A stretch of 64,000 bases of DNA from Chiloscyllium plagiosum (lineage: Eukaryota), in the NCBI RefSeq assembly GCF_004010195.1, contig NC_057749.1, positions 13,944,974-14,008,973 of the forward strand, written 5' to 3'. This document shows positions 1 to 11,819 of the stretch, piece by piece (the stretch's first letter is position 1; every line of letters begins with the position of its first letter). The position numbers and the translations under genes are program-made. Under the pieces are notes generated by a model. That model did not search any database. It was given only the letters and a program-made list of their open reading frames with translations, and was not told the origin of the DNA.

Positions 1-455
1 GTATTCCCAACACCCCTACCCCAAGTCCCTCCTCCCTACCTTTTATCTTAGCCTGCTTGGCACACCCTCCTCATTCCTGAAGAAGGGCTTATGCCCGAAA
101 CATCGATTCTCCTGCTCCTTTGATACTGCCTGACCTGCTGCGTTTTTCCAGCAACACCTCTTTAAACAATCCAATGAGTCAAGAGTGTGGTGCTGGAAAA
201 GCACAGCAGGTCAGGCAGCATCTGAGAAGCAGGAGAATCAACATTTCAGACTGCCTGACCTGCTGCGTTTTTCCAGCAACACCTCTTTAAACAATCCAAT
301 GAGTCAAGAGTGTGGTGCTGGAAAAGCACAGCAGGTCAGGCAGCATCTGAGAAGCAGGAGAATCAACATTTCAGACATAAGCCCTTCATCAGGTATGAGG
401 CTCATTTTCCAGCACCAAACTCTGATGTCCAGCATCTGCAGTCCTCACTTTCTCC
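1..455. mobile_element. Penelope-like pseudo-LTR copies (family A) with decayed hammerhead cores; includes a 125-bp tandem duplication
   Basis: CTGAAGAAGGGCTTATGCCCGAAACATC at 77-104 (+); decayed inverted core at about 361-392 (-); TSD-like TAAACAATCCAATGA at 163-177, 288-302 and 456-470; 125-249 repeated at 250-374. Confidence 0.75.
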
Positions 456-1118
456 TAAACAATCCAATGACTCTGCCAATGTTATCAATGAACAAATTTT
501 GACATTGATCTGCTGAGGAAGCTCCTTGAGCAAAACTTAAATACATCATTCCATCCTGTTCTCTATTATCTGTGGATCAGGAGCTTTTTTCACAGCAGAC
601 TTTTGCATTATTTATTTGTCAACTGCTAAGCAAATTAATTTTATTTAGGTTTGCAGTCAAACTGAGGGTTATCATTTTGCAAATGAGACACCAAACACTG
701 CACATCAAGTACTGCACTGCACTCAACACCAAGGGCATTCCTTACTGCATTGTTTTTGCTTCATTTCACAAACCACCTTTCACGACTCTGGGATATCCCA
801 AACTTTACTGCAGGCACGGGGATACATTTGAAGTGTAGTCACGGTGGTAAGATAGATAACATTAGTTTGCTCACAGCAAAGTTCCATGAACAACAATGCG
901 ATAATGAACATGTAGTCTGATTTAGTGACGTCTGTTTTTGGAGAACTGCAGACAACAACCTCTACTCTTCAGAAAATAGTATGAGCTAAAATTCTACACC
1001 ACTTCCCTGCATTACTGGAATAATGCACTCAAGTGTTAACCTAGACTTTGCATTGATGCATCGGAGAAGGGACTTACCAGGCTAACGCTGCCATCGGAAC
1101 CAGAGGTTTATCATATCA

Positions 1119-1450
1119 GGGGAGGTGGAGAATAGAATTAATGTCACTTGATCACAGGCTAATATTCTGGTGGAATGGATTTGAATTCCACCATGGCAGA
1201 TGTTGAAATAAAATAGAAAGCTAGCCGAATGGCAATCATACAACCAACTTCAATTGTTGTAAATCCTCTTCTGGGTCATTAATGCCCTTTAGGGAAGGAA
1301 ATCTGCCATCGTTATCTGATCTGGCCTAAGTGTGACTCTGGACCCATAATTATGTGGTTGACAGTTAACTGTCCTCTGGAACATTAGGTATGATAATAAA
1401 GCCTGGCCAAGTCTTGCAACATCCATATCCCATGAACAAATATTTAAAAA
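1119..1450 (+). mobile_element. Decayed tRNA-derived SINE with L2-like tail
   Basis: Same body (ggcagatgttg..., tttagggaaggaaatctgccatc, atgtggttgac) as copies at about 20595-20895 and 59790-60130. Confidence 0.5.
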
Positions 1451-1984
1451 TCTAAATCTCCTTTATTAGTCTGTGAGTCCTGACTGTAGACATCACCAGG
1501 TTACATAATGAAGGGTGTCTGAAAAGAATAATGGATGTACTGAACTGCAGAACCACCACATCTCAGAGAGATTATTAACATAACGTTGCATCTATCATAA
1601 TACATTATTCAAATCACTTGTTGATAAGGGTACCTCCAAATAACATCTCATCTGAAAGTTAGTATCTGTAAGCAACACCCCCAGTACCATACTGGAGTAT
1701 TACCTTAGACTGGAATTTCATTAAAATTCACACACAGGCACAGTGGAATTTAAACTTTCATTCCTGGATTACTGGTCCAGGCCTCATGATTACTGTCAGT
1801 CACATAATTACAGCCTATCAAACCTCTACCTAATGAACACTGCTGATGCATTCAATCATGTAGGTGACAACGTGCATTTTTACAACATAGTGAGATAATA
1901 AAATGATAAAAAGAACTTCACTAGGAAATAGCATAAATCTGAAACCCAACCAACAATACAGAAAACTTTCAATAGAATTTTTCA

Positions 1985-2505
1985 CAGAGAGTCATACAGC
2001 CCTTCAGTCCAACTTGTCCGCACTGACCAGATATCCCAATCTGATAGAGTCACATGTGATCCAGCATGTGGCCCATATCCCACTGTAACCTTCCGACTCA
2101 TATACCCTTCCAGATACCTTTTAAATGTTGTAATTGTATCTGTCTCCACCACTTTCTCTAGCAGCTCATTCCATTCATGCTTCACACTCTGCGTGAAAAT
2201 ATTACCCCTCAGCTCCTTTCAAATCTTTCGCTCTCACCCTCAACCAATATCCCTTAGTTTTAGACTCACCCACCCTAGAAAAAAAGACCTTGGCTATTCA
2301 CCCTATCCATGCTCATGCTTTTATAAACCTCTATAAGGTCACCCCTCATCTTCCGACGCTCCAGAGAAAAAAGCCTCAGCCTATTCAGCCTCACCCAATA
2401 ACCCAAACACTCCAGTTCTGGCAACATCCTTGTAAATCTTTTCTGCACCCTTTCAGGTTTAACAAAATCCTTCTGAAAGAAGGGTGGCCAGAATTATATG
2501 CAGTA
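1985..2505 (-). mobile_element. CR1/HER1-type LINE 3' fragment
   Basis: Minus-strand translation 'WNELLEKVVETDTITTFKRYL' is the CR1 ORF2 C-terminus; typical tail (agagtcatacagc on +). Confidence 0.85.
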
Positions 2506-2850
2506 ATGTTGTGATTCTGTTCGCCGAGCTGGAAGTTTTTGTTGCAAACGTTTCGTCCCCTGGCTAGGCGACATCATCAGTGCTTGGGAGCCTCCTGCGA
2601 AGCGCTTCTTTGATGTTTCCTCCGGTGTTTATAGTGGTCTGTCCCTGCCACTTCCGGTTAGACAACCGGAAGCGGCAGGGACAGACCACTATAAACACTG
2701 TAGGAAACATCAAAGAAGCGCTTCGCAGGAGGCTCCCAAGCACTGATGGTGTCGCCGAGCCAGGGGATGAAACGTTTGCAACAAAAACTTCCAGCTCGGC
2801 GAACAGAACCACAACAACGAGCACCCGAGCTACAAATCTTCGCACAAACT
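2506..2850. mobile_element. Palindromic Penelope-like mini-insertion (family D) with two hammerhead motifs
   Basis: Inverted arms 2507-2659 and 2664-2816; 34-nt unpaired tail 2817-2850; 12-bp TSD TTATATGCAGTA at 2494-2505 and 2851-2862. Confidence 0.85.
2544..2583 (-). ncRNA. Minimal hammerhead ribozyme motif (family D)
   Basis: Minus strand reads GCA CUGAUGA U GUC-G-CCU AGCC AGG-G-GAC GAA ACGU U UGC: intact core, stem II, palindromic ACGU stem III, GCA/UGC stem I. Confidence 0.7.
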
Positions 2851-3254
2851 TTATATGCAGTATTTTTTAAATGAGGAACAAAGAAACAAAAGCGGATTTT
2901 TCCATCAACCTATCCAGACAACTAATGCGTAATGGTGAAAGGTTTTGTCATCAAAATGATGCAAAAGGATTAGAGAATGGAAGTGTAAGAGAGACACAGA
3001 TATGAGATTTGATCAATATCTGGATGAGGCTAGAGATACCATGTTGAGCAGAGCTATGGAGGCTTTGAAAAATACAATTAAATCTATGCTGATTGGGCAA
3101 CTCAACTGGGCTATATTGGTGCGCATGGAATTGACCATCAATCTTCACCATGAAGATTGGAACTTGAAGACCAGTCACTTGATCAAAATACCAATGTAGA
3201 AGAACAGGTTACTCTGGATCTACAATACATCTCCTTAGATATAAAGCATGGACA

Positions 3255-3815
3255 AATTCAGCAAGATCTGAATAACATACAGGTTTTGGCAGACAAATGA
3301 CAGGTAAATTCATTTCACACAAGAGCCAAGTAATGAGTAATGATTTTGACATTCAATGGCATTACCATCAGTGAATCTCTCACTTTCAACATCCTGGCAT
3401 TTATCATTGACCAGAAACTGATGTGGGCGTGTCATACAAGAACCGCGGCTACAAGAACAGGTCAGAGGCCAGGAATTGCACAGCTAGTAACAGGCGTCCC
3501 AAAACCTGTCTACTGTCGAAAAGGAACAAGCCAGGAGTATAATGAAATAGTCGCCACTTTAATGAATGATGGCAGTTCCAAAACACTCAAGAAGTTTCAC
3601 AGCCAAGACAAAACAGTCTGCTTGATTGGCTCCATAAATATTCATTCCTTCCACTGCACTTAGCACACAGTGCTCTATCTATTTACAAAATGCACTGCAA
3701 AAATTCTCTAAAGTTCCTTAGACAGCACCTTAGAAACCATGACCACTATAATCTAGAAGGAAGGGCAGCAGATACATAGAATACCAGCATGTTGCAAGTG
3801 CCTATCCAAGCCACC
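3255..3815 (+). mobile_element. Decayed L2/CR1-group LINE 3' fragment
   Basis: RT C-terminal-like remnants (LTFNGITI..IDQKL.W); same family at 18405-18980 and 49990-50500. Confidence 0.6.
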
Positions 3816-3819
3816 AACA

Positions 3820-5045
3820 TAGAGTCAGAAAGTCAGATAGTAAGAAAACAGACCTTTTGGTCCAACCAGTCCAGGTCGACCATAATCCCAAATTAAATTA
3901 CTCCCACCTGCCTTGCGTTTGGCCCATATCCTTATTCATGTACTTATCGAAGTGTCTTTCATTATCACCTGGAAGTTCATTCCACACACGAACCACTGTG
4001 TAAAAAAGATGCCTCATGTCTTTTTCAAATCTCTCGCCTCTCACGTTAAAAATGTGCCCCCGAGTCTTGAAATATCCCACTGCAGGGAAAAGACATCTGC
4101 CATTCACCTTCTCCATATCCCTCATGATTTTATAAACCTCTACAAGGTTCTCTCTCAATCTCCTACACTCCAGTGGAAAATTTCTCAGCCTACCCAGCCT
4201 ATCCTTATAACTCAAATTCTCCATTCCTGGCAATATCCTGGTAAATCTTTTGAACCCTCTCCAGGTTAATAATATTCTTCCTATAACAGGGAGACCAGAA
4301 CTGTACACAGTCCTCCAGAAAAGGCTTCACCAATGTCCTGTCTTAGCTCAACATTACATCCCAACTCCAATACTCAAAAGGTCTGAGCAATGAAGGCAAG
4401 TATGCGCAATGCCTTAACCACCCTGTGTTGCAAACTTTAAAGAATTATACCCCTCAACCCTTCAGTCTCTCTATTCTACATCACCACCCAAGGCCCCACT
4501 TTTAAGTGTATGTGTTGCTTTTGTTTGATTTTCTAAAAGCAGTTCACATTTATCAAATTAAATTCCATTGCCACTCTTGAGCCCATTGACCCAACTGATC
4601 AAGATCTCTTTGTAATCTTACAAAACTTTCTCTACTGTTCATAATACACCAATTTTGGTGTCATCCACAAACTTACTAACCATGCTTTCTATACAGGTCA
4701 TTCTGCTATAAACCATGTTTCGTCAGTGCAAATTAGCGTTAATGCGACTGACAAATTGTGGATGTTATTTGGAAAACGTGAACTTTCTACTTAACAGGGC
4801 TAGCAATTTTCCATTAGCAATTTTTTTACAGTACAATTTACAATTGTGGTTTTCCATCACACTATTTTCTATAGCAAAAGTTGGAGAGGAACACAACTGT
4901 CTCGTTATAGCAGAACGACCTGTATTCTCATGTCTCCTATCGTTAAGCCAAATTTGTATCCAGTTGGCAAGCTCACCCTGAATCCCATATGATCTAGCTT
5001 AATTAATTAGTCTACCAGCCAAAACCTTGTCAAAGGCTTCACTAA
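3820..5045 (-). mobile_element. CR1 LINE fragment interrupted by a MITE
   Basis: ORF 3898..4308(-) RFTRILPG..RRLRENLVEVYKIM..TRGH..WNELP; ADDTK-like motif (ttggtgtcatccacaaac) near 4655. Confidence 0.85.
4694..4922. mobile_element. Tc1/mariner-superfamily MITE (pogo/Tigger-like ends)
   Basis: TIRs CAGGTCATTCTGCTATAA and TTATAGCAGAACGACCTG (17/18 match), flanked by TA at 4692-93 and 4923-24; host CR1 sequence continues on both sides. Confidence 0.8.
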
Positions 5046-5529
5046 TGACTATTCACCAACCTGACTTATAAATATATCTCCAACCTTTCAGTGTTACTAT
5101 ATCAAAATCCTGGAAATTCCACTCCACAATGAGATTGTGGATTTGCCTACAGAGCATGGACTGCAGCATTTTAAGAAGGCAGCTCGCCATCAACTTCTCA
5201 GGAGAAACTGGGGATGTGCAATAAATACTGATCCAGCCAGTGACCTCCACATTCCTACAAATGAGCATCAAATAAAATGAAGCTAATCATCTGGCTATTG
5301 CCATACTGATATTTATGGGGCTTGCTATGCGTAAATTGACTATCACATTTGCTACATTATAACATGCCTTACACTTCAAAAATACTTTGCTGCTTCTTTG
5401 CAATGTTGTGAGATTAAAGAAGATGTTATTTACGTTTTTTTTATACCAAAGGTATTTCATTATTTACCATCAAGTTGTGCATTATCTGATAAAGACTGGT
5501 GATGATAACTCTACCTCCAAATTCTAGCC

Positions 5530-5930
5530 ACCCATGCTTGGAGGAAGAACATCTCATCTTCCACCTTCGGACCCTCTAACCACATTGCATCAATGTCGAT
5601 TTCACCAGTTTCCTGACCTCCCCTCCCTCCACCTTATCCCAGACCCAATCCTCCAAATCGACACTGCTCTCTTGAACTGTCCTACCTGTCCATCTTCCTT
5701 CCCACCTATCTGCTCCAACCTCTATTCTGACCTTTCACCATCACGCCCCACCTTCATCTACTGATTGCAATGCCAGTTACCTTACACCCCCCACATTCCT
5801 GATGAACAGCTTATGCTCGAAACGTCGACTCTCCTGCTCCTCGGATGCTACCTGACCAGCTGTGCTTTTCCAGCACCACACTTTTTCACTCTGATCTCCA
5901 TCATCTGCAGACCTGACTTTCTCTTAGTTG
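5530..5930 (+). mobile_element. 3' end of a Penelope-like element: GIY-YIG C-terminal remnant plus family-A pLTR with hammerhead
   Basis: About 5538-5615 translates LEEEHLIFHLRTL*PHCINVDF (PLE endonuclease C-terminal motif); core CTGATGAACAGCTTATGCTCGAAACGTC at 5799-5826. Confidence 0.75.
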
Positions 5931-6719
5931 ATTATAACTCATCAACAACCTCAGGTTGCAAAGTGCCATACATATGGCTTGTTCAGAGGTGGAATTAACA
6001 GAAAATGACATGAAACATAGTGGTGATGGTGAATGAATATTTTTAGATTAGGGAACACTTCTGCAGGCCACCCAAAGTACAGTTTCCAGTCCAATGCTCT
6101 GTGCAAATTTAAAAACAATTCAGGTTTCTGTGTAGACAGTAACATTAAAAAAATTATGAAACTTGGTAAAACTTTAGCTACTGATTAGTATAATTCTAGG
6201 CTTCAATACAACATAAGCTAGATTAAATGAGTAGAAACACAACACAAATTTTTGGTGGACAGATGAAGAGGGACAGCCAATACAGAAAAGTAGTATGCAA
6301 GAAATGGCACAATTGTGAAAAGTATCAATGACCAAAGAGATGCATACATCTTTAAATGTGACACAGCAATTGGTAAATTGAAAACAAGATCAGTTACTTG
6401 GAGTTATAAACAGGGGAAATGAACATGAAGAAACCAATCTTGGATTTTCAACATCACTGGTGAGATTTTAACTGGAATATTTTGGAGACAACACTGCAGG
6501 GACGATGACCAAAACATTATCAAGGGTAAAGACTTTCAATTGAGAAACTGGAAAAATTAGGAATGTTTTCTTGGGAATGGATGAATTTACGTGGCCTAAT
6601 AGCAGTTTTCAAGATGATAAAATATTCTAATACAGTAAGCAAAGACTAATTACTACTGCAAGAAAGTAGGTCTAAAACCATGTTTTAATATAATTGACAA
6701 GTGAACTAAAGTGGAGAAG

Positions 6720-7324
6720 ATTAAAAATCACAACACCAGGTTACATACCAACAGTTTTATTTGAAAGTACAAACTTTCACAGCACTGCTCCTTCGTCAGG
6801 TATCTAGTGGGGCAGGATACAGGGGACACAGAATTTAAAAGTAAAAAAGATCAAAAAGTCATACAACTGATGCAATGTACCAAATCTAGATGGCTGTAAA
6901 GTCTTTAATCACTTAAGAGACTCCAGGTTGGGATACAGACAGAGCTTAACCTCGCACCTTTACTGCATTATCTGAGCTGAGATAACACTTAATATACTGA
7001 TAAAATCTTAAGTTATCTCAGGGCAGTTGACGTGAAAGAAATTCTGAGAGTTACATACTAATCAATCAAAACCTGCATCCTTACTCTTAGTGATTAAAGA
7101 CTTAACAGCCATCTAAGTTTGTCTAATACATTGCATCAGTTGTATGACACCTTGATCTTTTACTTAGAAATACTGTGCCCTATGTATTCTGCCCACTAGC
7201 TACCTGTTGAAGGAGAAGCACTCCAAAAGCCCGTGCTTTCAAATAAACCTGTTGGACTATTACCTGGTATTGAGAGATTTTTCAACTTTGTCCACCCGAG
7301 TCCAACATCGGCACCTCCACATCA
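6720..7324. mobile_element. Older inverted-repeat Penelope-like insertion (family B)
   Basis: Left arm (aatcacaacaccagg...gctccttcgtcaggta...catacaactgatgcaatgt) is the reverse complement of the right arm (acattgcatcagttgtatg...acctgttgaaggag...ctggtattgagagattttt); hammerhead cores decayed. Confidence 0.7.
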
Positions 7325-7557
7325 AGTGAAGAGGAGATCTGTTGGGAGCTAAAGGGGGTTAGCTGCTAATGTGGTGAAAGTTGATAAAATAAACATTCGT
7401 CTTTTGAAATGATGAGAATGGGGAACTATAGGGCTAAGAATAAAATAGTAGGAACATGTAGTGATGTTCTCCCAACGATGCAGCATAGGTACGATGGGCT
7501 GAATGGTCTCTTTTGAGCTATTTGCTAATTAACGTGTTCAAGGTCGATATTATACAT

Positions 7558-7812
7558 GATTAGATTAGATTACTTACAGTGTGGAAACAGGCCCTTCGGC
7601 CCAACAAGTCCACACTGACCCGCCGAAGCGCAACCCACCCATACCCCTACATTTACCCCTTTAACCTAACACTACAGGCAATTTTAGCGTGGCCAATTCA
7701 CCTGACCCGCACATCTTTGTGACTGTGGGAGGAAACCGGAGCACCCGGAGGAAACCCACGCAGACACGGGGAGAATGTGCAAACTCCACACAGTCAGTCG
7801 CCTGAGTCGGGA
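7558..7812 (-). mobile_element. HE1/V-SINE, 5'-truncated
   Basis: V-domain (gtgtggagtttgcacattctccccgtgtctgcgtgggtttcctccgggtgctccggtttcc) and CR1-type tail on the minus strand. Confidence 0.85.
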
Positions 7813-7927
7813 AGCAGGTGAGACCTATGGTTTCTGAGGAGAAAGTGAGGACTGCAGATGCTGGAGATCAGAGCTGAAAATGCGTTGCTGGAAAAGCGCA
7901 GCAGGTGAGACCTATGGTTTCTCTGAG

Positions 7928-8181
7928 GAGAAAGTGAGGACTGCAGATGCTGGAGATCAGAGCTGAAAATGTGTTGCTGGAAAAGCGCAGCAGGTCAGGC
8001 AGCATCCAGGGAACAGGAGAATCGACGTTTCGGGCATAAGCCCTTCTTCAGGAACGAGGAGGGTGTGCCATGCAGGCTGAGATAAAAGGTAGGGAGGAGG
8101 GACTTGGGGGAGGGGTGTTGGAAATGCGATAGGTTCCTGAAGAAGGGCTTATGCCCGAAACGTCGATTCTCCTGTTCCTTG
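7928..8181. mobile_element. Young family-A PLE insertion with two intact, inverted hammerhead cores
   Basis: 15-bp TSD TATGGTTTCTCTGAG at 7913-7927 and 8182-8196; CTGAAGAAGGGCTTATGCCCGAAACGTC on - (8024-8051) and + (8137-8164). Confidence 0.85.
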
Positions 8182-8269
8182 TATGGTTTCTCTGAGTCTA
8201 CTCATCTGGTAGAATGAGACTAGATGGACATACATGTCTTTTTTGTTGGGGGGCATTCCTATTGTTTCT

Positions 8270-9150
8270 CCGCGAAAGGGTGGATTCAGCAGAAAGGGTG
8301 ATGAGTAGTAAGCATCAGCATTGATTCCCACGGTCACCGAGACGGAGGAGGGTCGCCGATCCGGCAAAAGTACAGCAACGCAACGGTACCCCTCGCCCCT
8401 TCCATCCCTCCTCCCCTCCCCTCCCCCCCGCACCTTGGAACTGCCGCTCCCTGCCGGGCTCTTGCCTTTGCCCCCGTACGAGGATCCCGAGCTGCCGCTG
8501 CCCGATCGTTCCCGCTCGTCGCCGGCAGGCCCCATCTTTGGCCCCGGCCTGTCCCGGGACTCGACGCCGGCTCCAGGCTGCCGTTGCCCGCTCCGCTCGC
8601 GACTATCGCCGCCGCCCAAAAAGGCCGGCGCAAACTCCCTTCGCCTGCTCCTCGACTCTTTGGACATTTCCCCCTCCCCTGCCTCCCCGCTTTCAAATAG
8701 ATCACATCGATTTCTTTTTATTGATGGGTATTAAATTTTTTGCGGTGGGAACGAACGTTCCTCGGCGGAGACAGAGAAAACCGCCTCGGTCGATAACAAC
8801 AGAATAGCGGGCGCCTCACTGACAGGAGCGCAACCAAGCTGCACCGGAAGTGCTATCTCTCTCTAATCGACAGCGACATAAACCAATAATATTTTAGAAT
8901 GCGGAGCATAACCCCTGCTTATCTCTGAAGACGTGTCCCGCCCACTGCCATCGGGCGGGGCTTAAGGCGCGCAGCAAGTTCGGTTGCAGCGTTGCGGGAT
9001 GGTAATGCCCCTAGCGGCTGAATCTGCTCTCTGATTGGTCGTGGCGGGCACGCCTTCCCGTCAGCCGCCAGGGAACTCTCATTCGAACTGGAGGCGGGAA
9101 AAGGATGAGGTGGAGCGAGATGATAAGGTGCGAAGTGTAGAAACCATAGC
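8270..9150. promoter_or_regulatory. CpG island promoter
   Basis: CpG-dense; ETS CCGGAAGT near 8845, CCAAT boxes near 8883 (+) and 9033 (-), GC boxes near 8938 and 8953. Confidence 0.8.
8434..8667 (-). CDS. First coding exon (78 aa, G/S/R-rich, phase 0) of a divergent gene, probably SCAPER by synteny
   Basis: ATG with G at -3 inside a CpG island; open frame MSKESRSRRREFAPAF...GSGSSK ending at an AAG|GTGCGG donor followed by G-runs. Identity inferred only from the SCAPER-RCN2-PSTPIP1 gene order; no downstream exon seen in 1-8433. Confidence 0.55.
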
Positions 9151-9217
9151 GTGTCAATAGCTTTTCTTTTCCAAGGGCAAATTCACAATGCAACAATAAA
9201 ATAAAGAAAAGACACAA

Positions 9218-9305
9218 CCACCTGATAAAGGAGCAGCGCTCCAAAAGCTCGTGCTTCCAAATAAATCTGTTGGACTATAACCTGGTGTTGTGTGATTTTT
9301 CACTT
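9218..9305 (+). mobile_element. Family-B PLE pLTR fragment, mutated hammerhead core
   Basis: cacctgataaaggagcagcgctccaaaagctc...ctggtgttgtgtgattttt matches 44418-44508. Confidence 0.7.
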
Positions 9306-9334
9306 AAAACAATAAACTCCAAATGATGAAGCTC

Positions 9335-9515
9335 TGAAACAGAAATCACTGCAGAAACTCAGCAGGTCTTGCAACATCTGTGGAGAGAGAACAAGAGTTA
9401 CTGTTTCAAGTCCAGTGACCCTTTTTTCAGAACAGAAGTTGAAGCTTAATATCGTTTTCTCTGCACAGATGCTGTCAGACGTGTCAAGTTTCTCGAGCAA
9501 TTTCTGTCTTTGTGT
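9335..9515. mobile_element. Decayed family-C PLE inverted-repeat insertion
   Basis: cagaaactcagcaggtct...tccagtgaccctttttt-cag followed by an inverted arm (cagatgctgtcagac...gcaatttctg). Confidence 0.6.
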
Positions 9516-9800
9516 CAATAACCTTTCCTCACAAGGGCAAAACAACACTGGAGCAATAAAATAAAACAAAGTACTGCAGATGCTAGAAATCTAAAACATA
9601 AACATTCTTTAAGATGTGTAAAGCCCAGAATTGTACACAATATTCAAGGCCCATCTTTTAACCATGGAATGCACCACACCAGGGTGAAATGGAGGCATTA
9701 TTTCCATGTAAAAGTTATCATTATCAAGACTATATTTCAGCACATCATGCTTTGTAGCTACTAGTACGCATATAAACTTTGCTGTTGTGCAGATATTAAT

Positions 9801-10317
9801 CATAGAATCCCCACAGTGTAGAAACAGGCCCTCCGGCCCAACAAGTACACACCGACCCTCCAAAGAGTAACCCACCCAAACCCATTCCCTTATCTTATTA
9901 TCCCATATTTACCCCTGACTAATATACCTAACCTACACATTTCTGAACACTATGGGCAATTTATCATAGCCAATTCACCCAACCTGCACATCAATTAGAT
10001 TAGATTCCCTACAGTGTGGAAACAGACCATTCAGCCCATAAACTCAACATCGACCCTCTGAAGAGTAAATCACCCAAACATATTCTCCTACCCTACATTT
10101 ACCCCTGACTAATGCACCTAATACTATGGGAAATTTAGCATGGCCAATTCACCTGATGTGCACATCTTTGGACTGTAGGAAACTGGAGTACCCGGAGGAA
10201 ACCACGCAGACATAGGGAGAATGTGCAAACTCCACAGAGTCACACGAGGTGGGAATCAAACCTGGGTCCCTGGTGCTGTAAGGTAGCAGTGCTAACCACT
10301 GAGCCACCATGCCGCTC
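9801..10317 (-). mobile_element. Two tandem HE1/V-SINE copies (tail fragment 9801-9992, near-full copy 9993-10317)
   Basis: tRNA head (ggcatggtggctcagtggttagcactgct on -), V-domain and duplicated tail. Confidence 0.8.
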
Positions 10318-10759
10318 CTATGATACTGACAAATATTTTTTAGATTGATTTGAGGGCTATTGATGCTATTTTTAGGGAGCATAGATTTAAAGTGATTCGT
10401 AGAAACATTAGAGGAGCGATGAGGAAATATTTTTCAAGCAGCGAGCAATAGGGTACTAGAAAGGGTAATAGAAGCAGAAACTCTCAACCTATTTAAAAGC
10501 TCTCTGCACATGCACCTCAAACTACATAGTCTGTAGTGCTATAGATGATTGCAGGAAAGTGGCTGTGAGCTGAACAGACATGATGGACCAAGTAGTCTCT
10601 TTCTGTGCCATAATTGTTCTATGTTAAACATCTTCAATACTTCCAAACTGGTTAAAATTTATAGGTTATATCAATAAATTGAATGATGAATGAAATAAAA
10701 GTGTTGCAATCTAGAAATTGTTGAAACACAACCACTGATTTTTGTTTTTAACTTCTTTA

Positions 10760-11215
10760 TAGAGTCATAAAGTCATACAGCACGGAAACATTTCGTCCAA
10801 CTCACCCACGCCGATCTGACCTAGTCCCATTTGCCAGCATTTGGCCTATATCCTTCTAAACCCTTCCTATTTATATACTCATCAGACTCCTTTTAAATAT
10901 TGTAGTTGTACATGCCTTTATCACTTCTTATGGCAGCTTGTACCATACATACACCACTCTTTGCATGAAAAGTTGCCCTTCAGATCCTTTTAAATCTTTC
11001 CCTTCTCACCTTAAACCTTTGTCCTTCAGTTTTGGACTCCCGCACTATAGGAAGATGACCTTGGCTATTCACCATATCCATGACCCTCATGATTTTATAA
11101 ACTGTCATCCAGTCACTCGTCAGACTCTGATGCTTCAGGAAGAAAAGCCCTAGCCTATTCAGCCTCTCCCTATAGCCCAAACCTTCCCATTCTAGTTACA
11201 TCATTGTAAATCTTT
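10760..11215 (-). mobile_element. CR1 LINE 3' fragment
   Basis: ORF 10980..11180(-) YRERLNRLGLF..VYKIM. Confidence 0.8.
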
Positions 11216-11819
11216 ACTTTATTCAACATTGATGATGTGGATTTCTCAATGCAATAAACTGTGTTAAAGTACTAATGGTGGATGTAGCCCACAAATAAAC
11301 ATAGATAAACAAACACACAACACAGAAAAGGGCATAAAAATAGTACAAAGCTTTGGCAGGTCTGCTTTTTCTTGCTCCTACCAAAGACTTGTAAGGAACA
11401 TGTTTGAATTATGTTCTCAGAGTTGAACTTCAAATGGTTGCAATGTGGATTCAATGTTTACAAAAGGCCTGGTCACAGCTGAAAAAAAAACAAAATTAAT
11501 TAAGACTACAATTATAACATAAGTATTTTAAATTTCTCACCAATAATATGACAACTAACATTGGGAGTTAACTCAAAAATAACTTGTTAGCGGGACATAA
11601 ATTATACAGTTAACTATCTGTTTCTCTCCTGTGAAGGGCCCTTTCTGTAAAGAAATTTGGAAGTCAAGTGAGTGAAAATTGAAATAAAGCTAGTTCAGTA
11701 TCCATACCTCATTAATTTCAACATTGTCCAAACATTTATACATTTGTTAGAAATGAATGATATTGAAGGAGATGATGTCTTCATATACATGTATGATCCA
11801 GGTTGAATAGTACATTTAG

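Noticed and set aside
2564-2870. Two similar ORFs on opposite strands
   Set aside because: A consequence of the palindrome; no protein features.
1-8433. Second exon of the minus-strand gene
   Set aside because: No SCAPER-like ASFQRSNS.. exon was found by eye; it presumably lies outside the window.
8321-8807. Proline-rich plus-strand ORFs (8321..8734, 8538..8807)
   Set aside because: Non-ATG starts; they are the antisense shadow of the GC-rich minus-strand exon.
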